From NCBI GenBank assembly GCA_905182395.1, contig CAJJBL010000022.1, positions 281 through 64,280 of the forward strand: 64,000 nucleotides of DNA, given 5' to 3'. Under the pieces are notes generated by a model that had not been told where the DNA came from, ran no database searches, and saw only the letters and a program-made list of their open reading frames with translations. The first letter of the stretch is position 1; every line of letters starts with the position of its first letter. The translations under genes were made by a program, and so were the position numbers. The DNA is from an alpha proteobacterium SCGC AAA536-G10 (GTDB lineage: Bacteria; Pseudomonadota; Alphaproteobacteria; Puniceispirillales; Marisalimonadaceae). Below, piece after piece: positions 30,289 to 41,112 of this stretch.

Positions 30289-30379
30289 TTCAACTCCAAT
30301 TGTCTTTAGCTATAATATGACAAATTGATTAGTAATTCACTATGATTTAATTAAATATTAATTAGGATAAAATATACGC

Positions 30380-30940
30380 ATGAGTATTAGAGAAATAATT
30401 AGAGTACCAAATCCATTTTTAAAAATTGTAGCTAAACCAGTTAGCATCATTAATGATAGCATTCTTGGTCTTCTAGATGATATGTTAGAAACAATGTATA
30501 ATGCAAATGGAATTGGCCTAGCTGCAACACAAATCTCTGAAGATAAAAGACTAATTGTTATGGATTGCGGCAAGGTAGATTTCAATGAAGACGACATGAC
30601 AGAAGAAGAGTATAACGATAAAATTAAAGATATTGAACCACAACCAATCAAGATGATTAATCCTCAAATAATCCATTCAAGCCTTAACTTAACTGAAAGA
30701 GAAGAAGGCTGCTTATCAATTCCTGGTTATAATGCTCAAGTAAAACGACCAGATACAATAACAGTTAATTATATTGATGAAAATAAGAACGAGATTGCTC
30801 TTGAAGCTGGTGGTCTTCTTGCTACTTGTATTCAGCATGAAGTTGACCATTTAAATGGCGTTCTATTTATTGATCATATTTCTAGATTAAAAAGAGAAAT
30901 TATTTTAAGAAAAGCGATTAAAGAATTTACCACTGATTAA
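30380..30940 (+). CDS. def: peptide deformylase
   Basis: GIGLAATQI, EGCLSIPG and QHEVDHLNG motifs. Carries an acidic insertion between motifs 1 and 2. Confidence 0.9.
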   Translation: MSIREIIRVPNPFLKIVAKPVSIINDSILGLLDDMLETMYNANGIGLAATQISEDKRLIVMDCGKVDFNEDDMTEEEYNDKIKDIEPQPIKMINPQIIHSSLNLTEREEGCLSIPGYNAQVKRPDTITVNYIDENKNEIALEAGGLLATCIQHEVDHLNGVLFIDHISRLKREIILRKAIKEFTTD

Positions 30941-30964
30941 TAAATATAAAAATGCGAGGAATAA

Positions 30965-31900
30965 TTGAACATAGTATTTATGGGAACTCCAGATTTTGCC
31001 GTTCCAACTTTAGAGTTATTATCCAAACATCACAATATTTTAGCTGTTTACTCTCAACCTCCTCGACCTAATGGACGTGGACTGATTGTTAAAGAATCAC
31101 CAGTTCAAAACTTTGCCAAAAAACTTAACATTAAAACCATTACTCCATTTTCATTAAAAACTGATGAAACATATATAGAATTTAAAAACCTAAACCCAGA
31201 TATTGTAGTGGTAGTAGCTTACGGAATAATTTTACCTTCTAATTATCTTGAAACTCCAAAATATGGCTGCATTAATGGTCATGCAAGCTTACTACCAAGG
31301 TGGAGAGGAGCGGCTCCTATACAAAGAGCAATTGAGTTTGGTGACAAAGAAACTGGTTCATGCGCAATGTTAATGGAAAAAGGTATGGATACAGGTCCAG
31401 TTATTTTATATAAAAAAATTAATATTGATCAGGAAGATACATTCATAACTCTGCATGATAAACTTTCAACTTTAACAGCCAAATCTCTTCTTGAAGCTAT
31501 TAAAGGATATACAGAAGGTAGCATTTTACCAAACCCACAAATTGAACATGGTATTAAATATGCTAAAAAAATTGAAAAAACAGAATCTCAATTAGATTGG
31601 TCATTATCTTCGCAAATGATTTATAATAAAATTAGAGCATTGCATCCCTTTCCAGGAACTTATACAAATGGATCTTTTGGATTATTAAAAATAATAAAAG
31701 CTCATGTAATTAATGAAAATCATAATATGATTCCTGGAACAATAATTGATAATAAAGATAAACTAATTGTTGCCTGCGGTGAAAATTCAAGTATTGAAAT
31801 AACCGAAGTACAAAAGCCAGGGAAAAAAACAATTTCAACCTCAGCTTATTTAAGAGGAGTTCAACTTAATATTGGTGAAAAACTTGGAAATACAAAATAA
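30965..31900 (+). CDS. fmt: methionyl-tRNA formyltransferase
   Basis: VFMGTPDFAVP, HASLLPRWRGAAPIQRAI and the C-terminal domain. TTG start. Confidence 0.9.
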   Translation: MNIVFMGTPDFAVPTLELLSKHHNILAVYSQPPRPNGRGLIVKESPVQNFAKKLNIKTITPFSLKTDETYIEFKNLNPDIVVVVAYGIILPSNYLETPKYGCINGHASLLPRWRGAAPIQRAIEFGDKETGSCAMLMEKGMDTGPVILYKKINIDQEDTFITLHDKLSTLTAKSLLEAIKGYTEGSILPNPQIEHGIKYAKKIEKTESQLDWSLSSQMIYNKIRALHPFPGTYTNGSFGLLKIIKAHVINENHNMIPGTIIDNKDKLIVACGENSSIEITEVQKPGKKTISTSAYLRGVQLNIGEKLGNTK

Positions 31901-32720
31901 ATCAAAGTTTGCATTATTAATTGAATATAACGGTAAAAATTTAGTAGGTTGGCAAAAACAAGATAATAGAATGTCTGTTCAAGGCTCTATTGAAAATGCT
32001 GCTAAAGCAATATTTAATGATGACTTTCAAATTCAAGGTGCAGGTAGAACAGACGCTGGAGTGCATGCAATAGGTCAAGTTGCTCATATAAATCTTCCAT
32101 TTGGCCATCAACTAACATCAAAGCATCCTTTTTATTTAATTTCTGCTTTTAATTCATTATTACGAGAAACAAACATAAGAATTATATCTGTAAAACCTGT
32201 AAGTTCCGATTTTAACGCACGTTTTAGTGCTATTAAACGTTATTATAAATATAGAATATTATGTCGTGCTGCTCCACCAGGGTTAGATAAAGGTAAAGTT
32301 TGGCATTTTAGGAAAAATTTAAACATAGAATTAATGGAACAAGGTGTAAAATATATTATTGGACAACATGATTTTACAAGTTTTCGAACGTCTAAATGTC
32401 AAGCAAAATCTCCTATTAGAACTTTAGATGACATTACTTTTTCTAGGGTCAATCATGAAATAATAATGAATGTTAAAGCAAAAAGTTTTTTACATAGTCA
32501 AGTAAGAATTATAGCAGGCACTATTGTGAAAATTGGAGAAGGTATATGGGATCCATCACATATTAAAACTATACTAAGTTCTAAAGATCGAACTGTAGCA
32601 GGACCTACCGCACCAGCCGAAGGATTGTATCTAGAAAAAATTGATTATCCTAAAGAATTGTTAGATGATAATTGGCCAATTATATATGACGCAAATTCTA
32701 AAATAGATTTAAAAGGATAA
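31872..32720 (+). CDS. truA: tRNA pseudouridine(38-40) synthase TruA
   Basis: GWQKQ, GAGRTDAGVHA, RYYKY and FLHSQVR motifs. Start uncertain; it overlaps the fmt 3' end. Confidence 0.85.
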   Translation: MVKNLEIQNKSKFALLIEYNGKNLVGWQKQDNRMSVQGSIENAAKAIFNDDFQIQGAGRTDAGVHAIGQVAHINLPFGHQLTSKHPFYLISAFNSLLRETNIRIISVKPVSSDFNARFSAIKRYYKYRILCRAAPPGLDKGKVWHFRKNLNIELMEQGVKYIIGQHDFTSFRTSKCQAKSPIRTLDDITFSRVNHEIIMNVKAKSFLHSQVRIIAGTIVKIGEGIWDPSHIKTILSSKDRTVAGPTAPAEGLYLEKIDYPKELLDDNWPIIYDANSKIDLKG

Positions 32721-33290
32721 AGATAAAGCTCTTGATAACATTCCTAAACCTGCTTCTGAAGCAACTGATAGAAATATCATTCCAGTAGCCCCCCATCCAG
32801 TTAATCCAACCTCTTCTTTCCCTATTCTCCACAAAGAAAAAGTAACCCATATAACAAGACCTAAACTAAAAAAAACAAAGATAGAGGGTGGCAAAAATAA
32901 TCCCAATACTGCAAAAGATAACATTATGATTGCTTGAAATGATTGTACCCAATTAAATGGAATAATAAATTTATAAAAAGCTTCTGGCTTTCCAATTTTT
33001 TCAAATATGAAATTCACTATTATTGAAAATAAACAAATATCTATAACTGTAATTAAAAGCAGACGAGGAAGTATTCCATTTTGCATATCTCCGTCAATAT
33101 TTGCCTTAAGGCCATAAGAAGCCAATATAGATACAACAGCGTTTATAAAAAAAACAATCCAGCAGCTATCCCAAAAACCATTTTTATTTAATTGAAATAC
33201 ATTATTCACTCTATCTTTCTTAGACATAAATCTAAAAGCTGAGATCATACCTGCTTTAAAAGCCATTGGATGAGGCGGAGGATTAATCAC
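32709..33290 (-). CDS. hypothetical polytopic membrane protein
   Basis: 193 aa, about 5 TM helices. Overlaps the dapE start by 8 nt (translational coupling). No recognised family. Confidence 0.45.
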   Translation of the reverse strand: MINPPPHPMAFKAGMISAFRFMSKKDRVNNVFQLNKNGFWDSCWIVFFINAVVSILASYGLKANIDGDMQNGILPRLLLITVIDICLFSIIVNFIFEKIGKPEAFYKFIIPFNWVQSFQAIIMLSFAVLGLFLPPSIFVFFSLGLVIWVTFSLWRIGKEEVGLTGWGATGMIFLSVASEAGLGMLSRALSLSF

Positions 33291-34449
33291 TAGCGTTTAC
33301 TCCAAAAAAATTATATAAAAATTGATTATAGATTTTTGTTAAATTCAACACGTCACTTACTTCAACATGTTCGTCTATTTTATGCATTGTTTTTCCTACT
33401 AAACCAAATTCTATAACAGGAGAAATTTTTGTTATAAATCTGGCATCTGAGGTGCCTCCAGATGTAGATTTATCTGGAGTTAAGTTCATAATTTTTTTTA
33501 TTGCGCTTTCTAACGTTGATTTAAGATAATCATCACTAGTTAGGAATGGTTCTGCATTACAAAAGAAATCAAACTGATAATTATTTGTTATTGAGTTAAA
33601 ATGATTTATCAACATTTTTTCTAAGGACACTTTTGAATGCAAAGTGTTATACCTTATATTGAACTGTGCTTTTGCTATTTCTGGTATTACATTGGTAGCT
33701 GTATTATTTACATCTATCGTTGTAATCATAGCAGTGCTAGGTTGAAAATTAATTGTACCTTCATCTAAAGATATTTTTGAGATGGGCTCTAACATTTTTA
33801 TTAAAGTATTTATAGGATTATCTGCTAAATGTGGATACCCTACGTGACCTTGTATTCCTTTAACCGTCAATGAACCAGAGAAACTACCTCTTCTACCAAT
33901 TTTTATAGTATCTCCCATTTTATCTACATTTGTAGGTTCTCCAACAATGCATCCACTTATAATTTCAGAGTTATTATCTAACCATTCAACTACTTTTTTA
34001 GTTCCATTTATAGCTTTTCCTTCTTCATCACTTGTTATTATTAATGAAATACTTCCAGTCTCTAGAATAGCTGAATTATTTTCTAGAAAAATTGAAACTG
34101 CCGCTATAAAAGCAGCAATCCCAGATTTCATATCAGCGGCTCCTCGTCCCCATATTTTATCGTCCTTTACTTCTCCTGAAAATGGATGAATTGACCAGTT
34201 ATTTATATTTCCTGTGGGGACAACATCAACATGGCCTGCAAAACAAATATTTGGTTCCATAATTCCAATTCTAGCATATAAATTTTCTACTTTGTCATCA
34301 CCCTCTCCAAAATCAAGTCTTGTGCAATTAAAACCTAAAGGCTCTAAATATGATATTATTATATCTAAAGAGCCTGCAGATTCAGGAGTTATACTTTCAC
34401 ATCTAATTAACTCTGATGTGAGCTTGATAGGATTTATTTGCTTAGACAT
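33283..34449 (-). CDS. dapE: succinyl-diaminopimelate desuccinylase
   Basis: M20 peptidase motifs: FAGHVDVVP, WGRGAADMKSG, SDEEG and GGTSDARF. Confidence 0.85.
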   Translation of the reverse strand: MSKQINPIKLTSELIRCESITPESAGSLDIIISYLEPLGFNCTRLDFGEGDDKVENLYARIGIMEPNICFAGHVDVVPTGNINNWSIHPFSGEVKDDKIWGRGAADMKSGIAAFIAAVSIFLENNSAILETGSISLIITSDEEGKAINGTKKVVEWLDNNSEIISGCIVGEPTNVDKMGDTIKIGRRGSFSGSLTVKGIQGHVGYPHLADNPINTLIKMLEPISKISLDEGTINFQPSTAMITTIDVNNTATNVIPEIAKAQFNIRYNTLHSKVSLEKMLINHFNSITNNYQFDFFCNAEPFLTSDDYLKSTLESAIKKIMNLTPDKSTSGGTSDARFITKISPVIEFGLVGKTMHKIDEHVEVSDVLNLTKIYNQFLYNFFGVNASD

Positions 34450-34461
34450 AAAATACCTGAT

Positions 34462-35322
34462 TTAATCTCTTAATAATTCATTAACAGAAGTTTTTGATCG
34501 TGTCTGTTCATCTACTTTTTTTACAATAACTGCGCAATAAAGACTTGGGCCTTGCTTACCATCTGGCAATGCTTTTCCTGGAAGAGATCCTGGGACAACA
34601 ACTGAATAAGCAGGGACTCTTCCAATAAAAATCTCTCCAGAACTTCTATCAATAATTTTAGTTGACGCTCCAATAAAAACGCCCATTGACAAAACAGCTC
34701 CTGTTTCAATTACGACACCTTCTGCAACTTCAGATCTAGCCCCAATAAAACAATTATCCTCAATTATAACTGGACCTGCTTGGATAGGCTCTAACACACC
34801 TCCTATTCCTGCTCCTCCAGATATATGAACATTTTTCCCAATTTGCGCGCAGGATCCTACGGTCGCCCATGTGTCAATCATACTTCCAGTATCTACGTAT
34901 GCTCCTATATTAACAAAAGAAGGCATTAGAACAACACTAGGAGCTATATAAGCAGAATGTCTAACTACACATCCTGGGACGGCTCTAAATCCTGCAGATT
35001 TAAATTCTTCTTTACTCCATCCAGAAAATTTAGATGGAACTTTATCCCACCAATTAGTTGGACCTTTATTTGAACTCTGAGGACCTCCAGTTATAATATC
35101 CATATCATTTAATTTAAAAGATAATAAAACAGCTTTTTTTAACCATTGATTAACTTTCCATTGGCTTTTTCCTAAAGGCTCTGCAACTCTTAATTCTCCT
35201 TTATCTAAATAATTTAAAGCTGAATTAATTGCTTCCTTAACTTCACCAGAAGTATTTGGATTAACATCCTCATTATTATCAAAAACTCTTTCAATTATTA
35301 CTTTAATATCTTCAAAAATCAT
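34462..35322 (-). CDS. dapD: 2,3,4,5-tetrahydropyridine-2,6-dicarboxylate N-succinyltransferase
   Basis: Left-handed beta-helix hexapeptide repeats; [40 protein letters not shown]. Confidence 0.9.
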   Translation of the reverse strand: MIFEDIKVIIERVFDNNEDVNPNTSGEVKEAINSALNYLDKGELRVAEPLGKSQWKVNQWLKKAVLLSFKLNDMDIITGGPQSSNKGPTNWWDKVPSKFSGWSKEEFKSAGFRAVPGCVVRHSAYIAPSVVLMPSFVNIGAYVDTGSMIDTWATVGSCAQIGKNVHISGGAGIGGVLEPIQAGPVIIEDNCFIGARSEVAEGVVIETGAVLSMGVFIGASTKIIDRSSGEIFIGRVPAYSVVVPGSLPGKALPDGKQGPSLYCAVIVKKVDEQTRSKTSVNELLRD

Positions 35323-35360
35323 TATATTATCCTTTATTAAATTTAATTATTTATTAATTC

Positions 35361-36080
35361 TTAGTTTTCAGTCATATCATTTAAAATAGTTTTAATATCT
35401 GAACCGATGAAATCTATATACTGGTGGAACGTTTTAGCCTCTTCCAAATTAAAATCATTGTCAATCCATACTGTGCTAACACCTAATTCATTAGCGGGCT
35501 TTAAATTTCTAGCTGTATCTTCAAAAAAAATGCTTCTTTTTATTTTATTACCATCTAATCCAAATTTGGCTATCATCATATCATATGATTTATAATCTGG
35601 CTTAGCTATGTAATTGGAGTCTTTAATATCAAAAATAATTTCAAATTCTTCTAATATCCCCATTGACACTAGTATATTTTTGGCATGATCGTAAGACGCA
35701 TTAGTATAAATAAACTTTTGTCCTTTAATTTTTTTTAAAAGAGTTTTTAGCTCATAATCTTTTTTTAAATCATAAAAATCAACATCATGAACATATTTTA
35801 AAAAAGGCTCAGGATCCATTTTTTTTTCAATCATTAATCCTCTTAATGTTAAACCATATTTTTTATACATTTCCTTTTGTAAATTTAAAGCATCAGTAAA
35901 CTCAATATCAAAAAAATTAACAATATATTCGGTCATTCTTTCTGAAATTCTTCTAAATAGACCAAGATTATAATCATAAATAGTATTATCTAAATCAAAT
36001 ATCCAATAATCATATTGCAACATAAAATTTTTGTAATCATGTTTAGCTTTATTGTAAAATGACGCCTGATCAATAGTCAT
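35361..36080 (-). CDS. HAD-superfamily pyrimidine 5'-nucleotidase-like hydrolase
   Basis: WIFDLDNTIY (DxDxT) motif I, TNA motif II, FFEDTARN motif III/IV. Confidence 0.7.
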   Translation of the reverse strand: MTIDQASFYNKAKHDYKNFMLQYDYWIFDLDNTIYDYNLGLFRRISERMTEYIVNFFDIEFTDALNLQKEMYKKYGLTLRGLMIEKKMDPEPFLKYVHDVDFYDLKKDYELKTLLKKIKGQKFIYTNASYDHAKNILVSMGILEEFEIIFDIKDSNYIAKPDYKSYDMMIAKFGLDGNKIKRSIFFEDTARNLKPANELGVSTVWIDNDFNLEEAKTFHQYIDFIGSDIKTILNDMTEN

Positions 36081-36082
36081 AA

Positions 36083-36997
36083 TTAATTATGATTTTTTCT
36101 AATAATAGTACCAACACCATGCTCGGTAAACAATTCTAATAATAGCGAATGTGAAATTCTACCATCCATTATTACCGCCGCCTCAGCTCCACCTTCAACA
36201 GCTTCAATACAGGTTTTTAACTTTGGAATCATACCTCCAATAACAACTTTACTATTTATTAGTTCTAATGATTCATTAATTGTTAATTCAGGAATCAAAT
36301 TACCATCTTTATCAAGAACACCCGCTACATCAGTTAACATTATCATTCGCGAAGCCTTCATAGCAGCTGAAATAGCACCCGCTGCTGTGTCTGCATTAAT
36401 ATTATATGTTAACCCGTCTATTCCAATTCCAACTGGAGCTATTACTGGTATCATCTTTTCACTTATAAGCGCGTTAATAACTTGAGGGTCAATTTTTTCT
36501 GGAACACCAACAAAACCCAAATCTATTGCTTTTTCAACATTAGAATCTGTGTGTTGGTCTATATTTAATAATCTTTTGGCCGTAATAAGTTTTCCATCTT
36601 TTCCAGAAATACCAACAGCCTTTGCTCCAGCATTTGAAATTGCAGTTACAATTGATTTATTAGTTACTCCGCATAAAACCATTTCAACAACGTCTATCGT
36701 TGCTGAATCCGTTACTCTAAGGCCATCAATAAATTCAGTTTCAATTTTTAATTTTGCAAGCATTTCTCCTATTTGAGGCCCCCCTCCATGAACTACTATT
36801 GGCAACATTCCAACTTGTTGCAACAGAACAATGTCTTCTGCAAAACTTGCAACATATTCTTTTTTTCCCATAGCATTGCCACCAAACTTAACTACAATTA
36901 CTTTGTTCGCATACCTTTTCATAAAAGGAAGTGTCTCAGTAAGGAGTTCAGCTTTTTGGAGCCATTCAGCTTGTATTTTTTCTTTATTTTTATCCAA
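36083..36997 (-). CDS. argB: acetylglutamate kinase
   Basis: VVKFGGNAM, VVHGGGPQI, GLRVTD and NINADTAAGAI motifs. Confidence 0.9.
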   Translation of the reverse strand: MDKNKEKIQAEWLQKAELLTETLPFMKRYANKVIVVKFGGNAMGKKEYVASFAEDIVLLQQVGMLPIVVHGGGPQIGEMLAKLKIETEFIDGLRVTDSATIDVVEMVLCGVTNKSIVTAISNAGAKAVGISGKDGKLITAKRLLNIDQHTDSNVEKAIDLGFVGVPEKIDPQVINALISEKMIPVIAPVGIGIDGLTYNINADTAAGAISAAMKASRMIMLTDVAGVLDKDGNLIPELTINESLELINSKVVIGGMIPKLKTCIEAVEGGAEAAVIMDGRISHSLLLELFTEHGVGTIIRKNHN

Positions 36998-37087
36998 TGA
37001 TTTAAGCCAATTACATAATTAATTTCAATAAATAATATCACACAATTTATAAAATTTTATTATTTTATTAATTTTTTTATTAATTTT

Positions 37088-37723
37088 TTAAGATAGACTT
37101 GCTAAATAAGTACGCAGTAGAGGAATGCCTTCAGTCTTCAAACTTGAGGTCACTATAATTTCTGGATATGCAGCAGGATGAGAAGATATTATTTTGGTGG
37201 TTTTATCTTTAATATTCTCTATTTCTTCGCTCGTTAATTTATCAGCTTTAGTTAATATAACAATCCAACTGACAGCTGCTTTATCAAGCTCTTTCATAAT
37301 TAATTCATCATAAACCCCTACGCCTCTTCTTGAATCAATTAACAAACATATAGTTCTTAATGAAGGCCTACCTTTTAAATATTTTACAGTTAATGATGTC
37401 CATGATTGAATATCTTTTTTGGGAGCTTTAGCATAACCATATCCTGGTAAATCAACTAATCGAAGTTTTGTAATATTATATTCAAGTTGAAAAAATATTA
37501 ATTGTCTTGTTCTACCAGGAGTTTGACTTGTTCTAGCCAAAGTTTTTCTATTAGTTAATGCGTTTACAAGAGAGCTTTTTCCGACATTTGAACGTCCCGC
37601 AAACGCAATCTCATAACAGTCCTCATCTGGAACAGCATTGGAATTGACTGCGGCAGCTATAAACTTACATTCGCCTGAAAATAACTTACGAGCTTTTTCA
37701 ATTTCCAAATCTTCATATATCAA
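37088..37723 (-). CDS. engB: ribosome biogenesis GTP-binding protein EngB/YsxC (YihA)
   Basis: GRSNVGKSSLVNAL (G1), DLPGYGYA (G3), TKADK (G4). Confidence 0.9.
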   Translation of the reverse strand: MIYEDLEIEKARKLFSGECKFIAAAVNSNAVPDEDCYEIAFAGRSNVGKSSLVNALTNRKTLARTSQTPGRTRQLIFFQLEYNITKLRLVDLPGYGYAKAPKKDIQSWTSLTVKYLKGRPSLRTICLLIDSRRGVGVYDELIMKELDKAAVSWIVILTKADKLTSEEIENIKDKTTKIISSHPAAYPEIIVTSSLKTEGIPLLRTYLASLS

Positions 37724-37736
37724 CTTTAAAACTTTC

Positions 37737-39467
37737 TTATTTAGTCTTTTTTTTCATACCATTCATTATTAACCATTGCTGACAAATGGAAAGCAAATTA
37801 TTCCATGTCCAATATATAACGAGACCTGCAGGGAAAGTTGCTAATAAAAATGTGAAAGCAACTGGCATCCATGCAAAAATTTTAGCCTGAATAGGGTCAG
37901 GTGGAGTTGGATTTAAACGTTGTTGCAAAAACATTGTTACACCCATTAATAATGGCCAAACTCCAAGATTTAAAAAGTCAGGAAATATAGATGTACTATA
38001 AGGCAGCAATCCAAATAGATTAAGTACACTAGTTGGATCGGAAACAGAAAGGTCTTTTATCCATCCGAAAAAAGGTGTTTGCCTCATTTCTATAGACACA
38101 AATAAAACTTTATAAAGAGCAAAAAATACTGGTATTTGCACTAGAATTGGCAAACAACCTGCAGCAGGATTTACCTTTTCTTTTTTATATAAAGCCATCA
38201 TTTCCTGATTAAGTTTTTGCCTATCATCTCCTACTCTTTCTCTCAACTTTTGTATTTCAGGAGAAAGATTTCTCATTTTTGCCATGCTCTTGTATGACTT
38301 ATTAGCTAAAGGAAAAAACACAAGCTTAACAGCTACTGTAATAGCTAAGATGGCTAATCCAAAATTACCTAAATATCCATATGCCCATGAAAGAGCATAG
38401 AAAAATGGTTTTGTAAGAAAATAGAACCACCCAAAATCAATTGCTAAATCAAAATGCTTTATATTGAATCGTTCTTCATAATCATCAAATAACACCAACC
38501 TTTTAGCGCCCGCAAAAGTTCTAGCTAAAAACTCGCCTTGCGATTTAGAATTGATTTTAATAGCTTGTCCAAGAAAATCAGTTTGAAACTCACCTCCATT
38601 GGAATTTAAATGCCTATATGTAAAGTTATAATTTTCCTTTTGATCAGGCAATAAAGCTGTCATCCAGTATTTGTCAGTAAGACCTATCCAACCACCCGAT
38701 TCTATAGGCTTAATGTTTATGCCTTTCCTTCCTGCATCTTTTAAATCATCATAGCTTTTTTCTGATAACGTTCCGTCAAAAACACCAAGAGGACCTTCAT
38801 GCAACACAAAGAATTTAGTTGTTTCTGGCTCTCCCGTTCTTCTTATCAATCCGTATGGATATAATGAAATAGAATTTTTTGAGTTATTTTGTACTCTTTG
38901 ATTTACTGTAAACATAAACGTATCATCTACACTTATATCTTGAAAAAACAAAACTCCCTCACCATTATCCCATGATAAAGTGATATTAGTTTCAGGAGTT
39001 AAAATTTCTTTTGAGGATTTCCATAAAGTATTCCCATTAGGAACCTTTATACCATCAGGGCTACTCCAACCAAATTCAACAAAATAGGGATTTCTTTCAT
39101 TTGATTTTAATAAGAAATTTATTTGCTTACTGTCTGGCTCAATAGTTTCTCTATATTGAGTTAAGGTTACATCATCAATTCTTGCTCCTCTTAACGATAT
39201 AGACCCAGAAACTTCCTTACTCATTACAGAAACTCTAGGCACAGCCTTTGTTTCCACTATTTTACTATTATCCGAATTTAATATTCCGCTATTTTCGTTA
39301 GATGGAATTGGTATATTAGAACTATCGTTAGTATTTTTAGAAATACTTTCTTTTTGCATCAGATCCTGATTAACGTTATTAACATCACCAAAGAGCAATT
39401 GATAACCAATTAATACAGCCATGGATAAAGAAATTGCTGCAACTAAATTTCGGGTTTCTGGATTCAT
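37737..39467 (-). CDS. yidC: membrane protein insertase YidC
   Basis: 576 aa: N-terminal TM helix, large periplasmic P1 domain, and a C-terminal 5-TM core with PLANKSYKSMAKM, GCLPILVQIPVFFALY and QQ motifs. Confidence 0.9.
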   Translation of the reverse strand: MNPETRNLVAAISLSMAVLIGYQLLFGDVNNVNQDLMQKESISKNTNDSSNIPIPSNENSGILNSDNSKIVETKAVPRVSVMSKEVSGSISLRGARIDDVTLTQYRETIEPDSKQINFLLKSNERNPYFVEFGWSSPDGIKVPNGNTLWKSSKEILTPETNITLSWDNGEGVLFFQDISVDDTFMFTVNQRVQNNSKNSISLYPYGLIRRTGEPETTKFFVLHEGPLGVFDGTLSEKSYDDLKDAGRKGINIKPIESGGWIGLTDKYWMTALLPDQKENYNFTYRHLNSNGGEFQTDFLGQAIKINSKSQGEFLARTFAGAKRLVLFDDYEERFNIKHFDLAIDFGWFYFLTKPFFYALSWAYGYLGNFGLAILAITVAVKLVFFPLANKSYKSMAKMRNLSPEIQKLRERVGDDRQKLNQEMMALYKKEKVNPAAGCLPILVQIPVFFALYKVLFVSIEMRQTPFFGWIKDLSVSDPTSVLNLFGLLPYSTSIFPDFLNLGVWPLLMGVTMFLQQRLNPTPPDPIQAKIFAWMPVAFTFLLATFPAGLVIYWTWNNLLSICQQWLIMNGMKKKTK

Positions 39468-39574
39468 TTTATCTCACTTAAATTTTACTTATTTTATTAA
39501 AAGCTAATATAATTTTAAAAACTATATGTATTTACATTAAAGATCCAATATTTCAAAGGTATGAAAAAAATAAT

Positions 39575-39799
39575 TCACTTTATAGGATCATAGTCACTCT
39601 TTCCCCATGGATGACATTTAATAATTCTTTTTATCCCTAACCATGTTCCTTGCGTAAAACCAAACTTCATTATTGATTCTTTGGTATACTCTGAACATGT
39701 AGGCAAAAATCTACAGTTATTGCCTAAAAAAGGCGATATAAGATATTTATAGAAATTAATTAAAGTTAATGCGAAATATGTAAGAGCTTTATTTATCAT
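39575..39799 (-). CDS. yidD: membrane protein insertion efficiency factor YidD
   Basis: YKYLISPFLGNNCRFLPTCSEY...CHPW signature. Overlaps the rnpA stop by 4 nt. Confidence 0.88.
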   Translation of the reverse strand: MINKALTYFALTLINFYKYLISPFLGNNCRFLPTCSEYTKESIMKFGFTQGTWLGIKRIIKCHPWGKSDYDPIK

Positions 39800-40137
39800 A
39801 ATCTATTCAAACAATTTTTCATTTCATTTTTTAAATTAACAAATGAAGCTTTTATTAAACTTGCTTTTGCTATTAAAACATAACTATTACCATTTTCAAA
39901 ACTAGATATATCATTTTTTAGAAAAAGTGATATCAACGATCTCATTCGCCTTTTTGCTCTATTTCGATTGACAGCGTTACCTATTCTTTTAGTAGCCGTA
40001 AAACCAAATCTTACATTTGATATTTCGTTATTTGAATCTTTGTTTTTTTGAAGGATAAAGTTGTTGGTATAATATTTTTTACCAAATTTATTAGATGAAA
40101 TAAAATCTTTTCTTTTTTTTAAAGTTTCAATTTTCAT
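39796..40137 (-). CDS. rnpA: ribonuclease P protein component
   Basis: 113 aa, basic; RFGFTATKRIGNAVNRNRAKRRMR (RNR motif). rpmH-rnpA-yidD-yidC synteny. Confidence 0.85.
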   Translation of the reverse strand: MKIETLKKRKDFISSNKFGKKYYTNNFILQKNKDSNNEISNVRFGFTATKRIGNAVNRNRAKRRMRSLISLFLKNDISSFENGNSYVLIAKASLIKASFVNLKNEMKNCLNRL

Positions 40138-40204
40138 CTAATATTTCCATTTATAAATAATAATAAAGATATATAGAAAAAATTTAATGTGAATATTTTA
40201 TGTT

Positions 40205-40339
40205 CTAAGCAGACAGTCTTTTTCTACCTTTAGCTCTTCTACTACGAATAACATTCCTTCCACCAACAGTAGAAATCCTACTTCGGTATCCATGTCTTCT
40301 TTTTCTTACTAAATTACTTGGTTGAAATGTACGCTTCAT
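40205..40339 (-). CDS. rpmH: 50S ribosomal protein L34
   Basis: Below the ORF-track cut-off. Own translation: [44 protein letters not shown] (44 aa), the canonical L34 sequence. Confidence 0.92.
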   Translation of the reverse strand: MKRTFQPSNLVRKRRHGYRSRISTVGGRNVIRSRRAKGRKRLSA

Positions 40340-40420
40340 GTTTACTCTGTATTTACATACAGCCTCTTTATTTAATTCATTGATGCTTATTAGACACTTT
40401 GTATTAAATAGTCAATATGA

Positions 40421-40918
40421 TTATTTTTTAGCTCTTTCGAAAATTGTAGGAGCTGGCTTCATTTCCATATCCCATGGAAAATATATCCAAGTGTCTTGAG
40501 AAACTTCTGTTATAAATGTATCAACTTGTTCTCTGCCACTTGGTTTAGCATAAACAGTGGCATAATGTGCATCAGGTAAAGTTAATCTGATCGACTTAAT
40601 GGTTTCTCCTGTATCTACAAGATCATCAACTATTAGCCAATTTTTCCCAGTTCCTGCAGCAGTAGCGTCTTTCAAAACATTAACTGAGCCTTTACTTTTT
40701 TTATTATATGACTTAACGCAAACAGTATCTATTAACCTTATATCTAATTCTCTTGCAACTATCGCAGCAGGCACCAAACCACCTCTTGTGACTGCGACGA
40801 TACCTTTAAAAGTATTCATCTCAAGTAATCTCCAAGCTAATGCTCTGCTATTCCTATGGAGTTCTTCCCAAGAAACAGGAAAAGATTTATCATAATTACT
40901 ATTAACCATATTACCCAC
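40421..40918 (-). CDS. gpt: xanthine-guanine phosphoribosyltransferase
   Basis: 165 aa. SWEELH..., [11 protein letters not shown] and the [16 protein letters not shown]-binding motif. Confidence 0.85.
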   Translation of the reverse strand: MGNMVNSNYDKSFPVSWEELHRNSRALAWRLLEMNTFKGIVAVTRGGLVPAAIVARELDIRLIDTVCVKSYNKKSKGSVNVLKDATAAGTGKNWLIVDDLVDTGETIKSIRLTLPDAHYATVYAKPSGREQVDTFITEVSQDTWIYFPWDMEMKPAPTIFERAKK

Positions 40919-40980
40919 TAAAACTATTTAAAGATTTCTAATACACTATTATAATACTGATTTATAATATTTATTTTCTT

Positions 40981-41020
40981 ACTTGCTTATAATTATTTAT
41001 ATAGATAATTATAAGCAAGT
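40981..41020. repeat. 40-bp near-perfect palindrome between the gpt promoter region and tRNA-Arg
   Basis: ACTTGCTTATAATTAT-TTATATAG-ATAATTATAAGCAAGT: 16-bp perfect arms (19 of 20 if extended), 16 nt upstream of the tRNA 5' end. Confidence 0.6.
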
Positions 41021-41035
41021 AAAATTTAAAAATAA

Positions 41036-41112
41036 GCGCTCGTAGCTCAGCTGGATAGAGCACTAGACTACGAATCTAGGGGTCAGGAGTTCGAATCTTC
41101 TCGAGCGCACCA
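41036..41112 (+). tRNA. tRNA-Arg (anticodon ACG)
   Basis: 77-nt cloverleaf folded by hand: acceptor GCGCTCG/CGAGCGC, D-arm GCTC/GAGC, anticodon arm CTAGA-CTACGAA-TCTAG, T-arm AGGAG-TTCGAAT-CTTCT, encoded CCA. Confidence 0.92.

Noticed and set aside
37737-40420. rpmH-rnpA-yidD-yidC cluster as an indicator of a nearby replication origin (oriC/dnaA).
   Set aside because: There is no dnaA gene, DnaA-box cluster or AT-rich unwinding element distinct from background here. In alphaproteobacteria the origin is usually elsewhere (near hemE), so no origin call is made.
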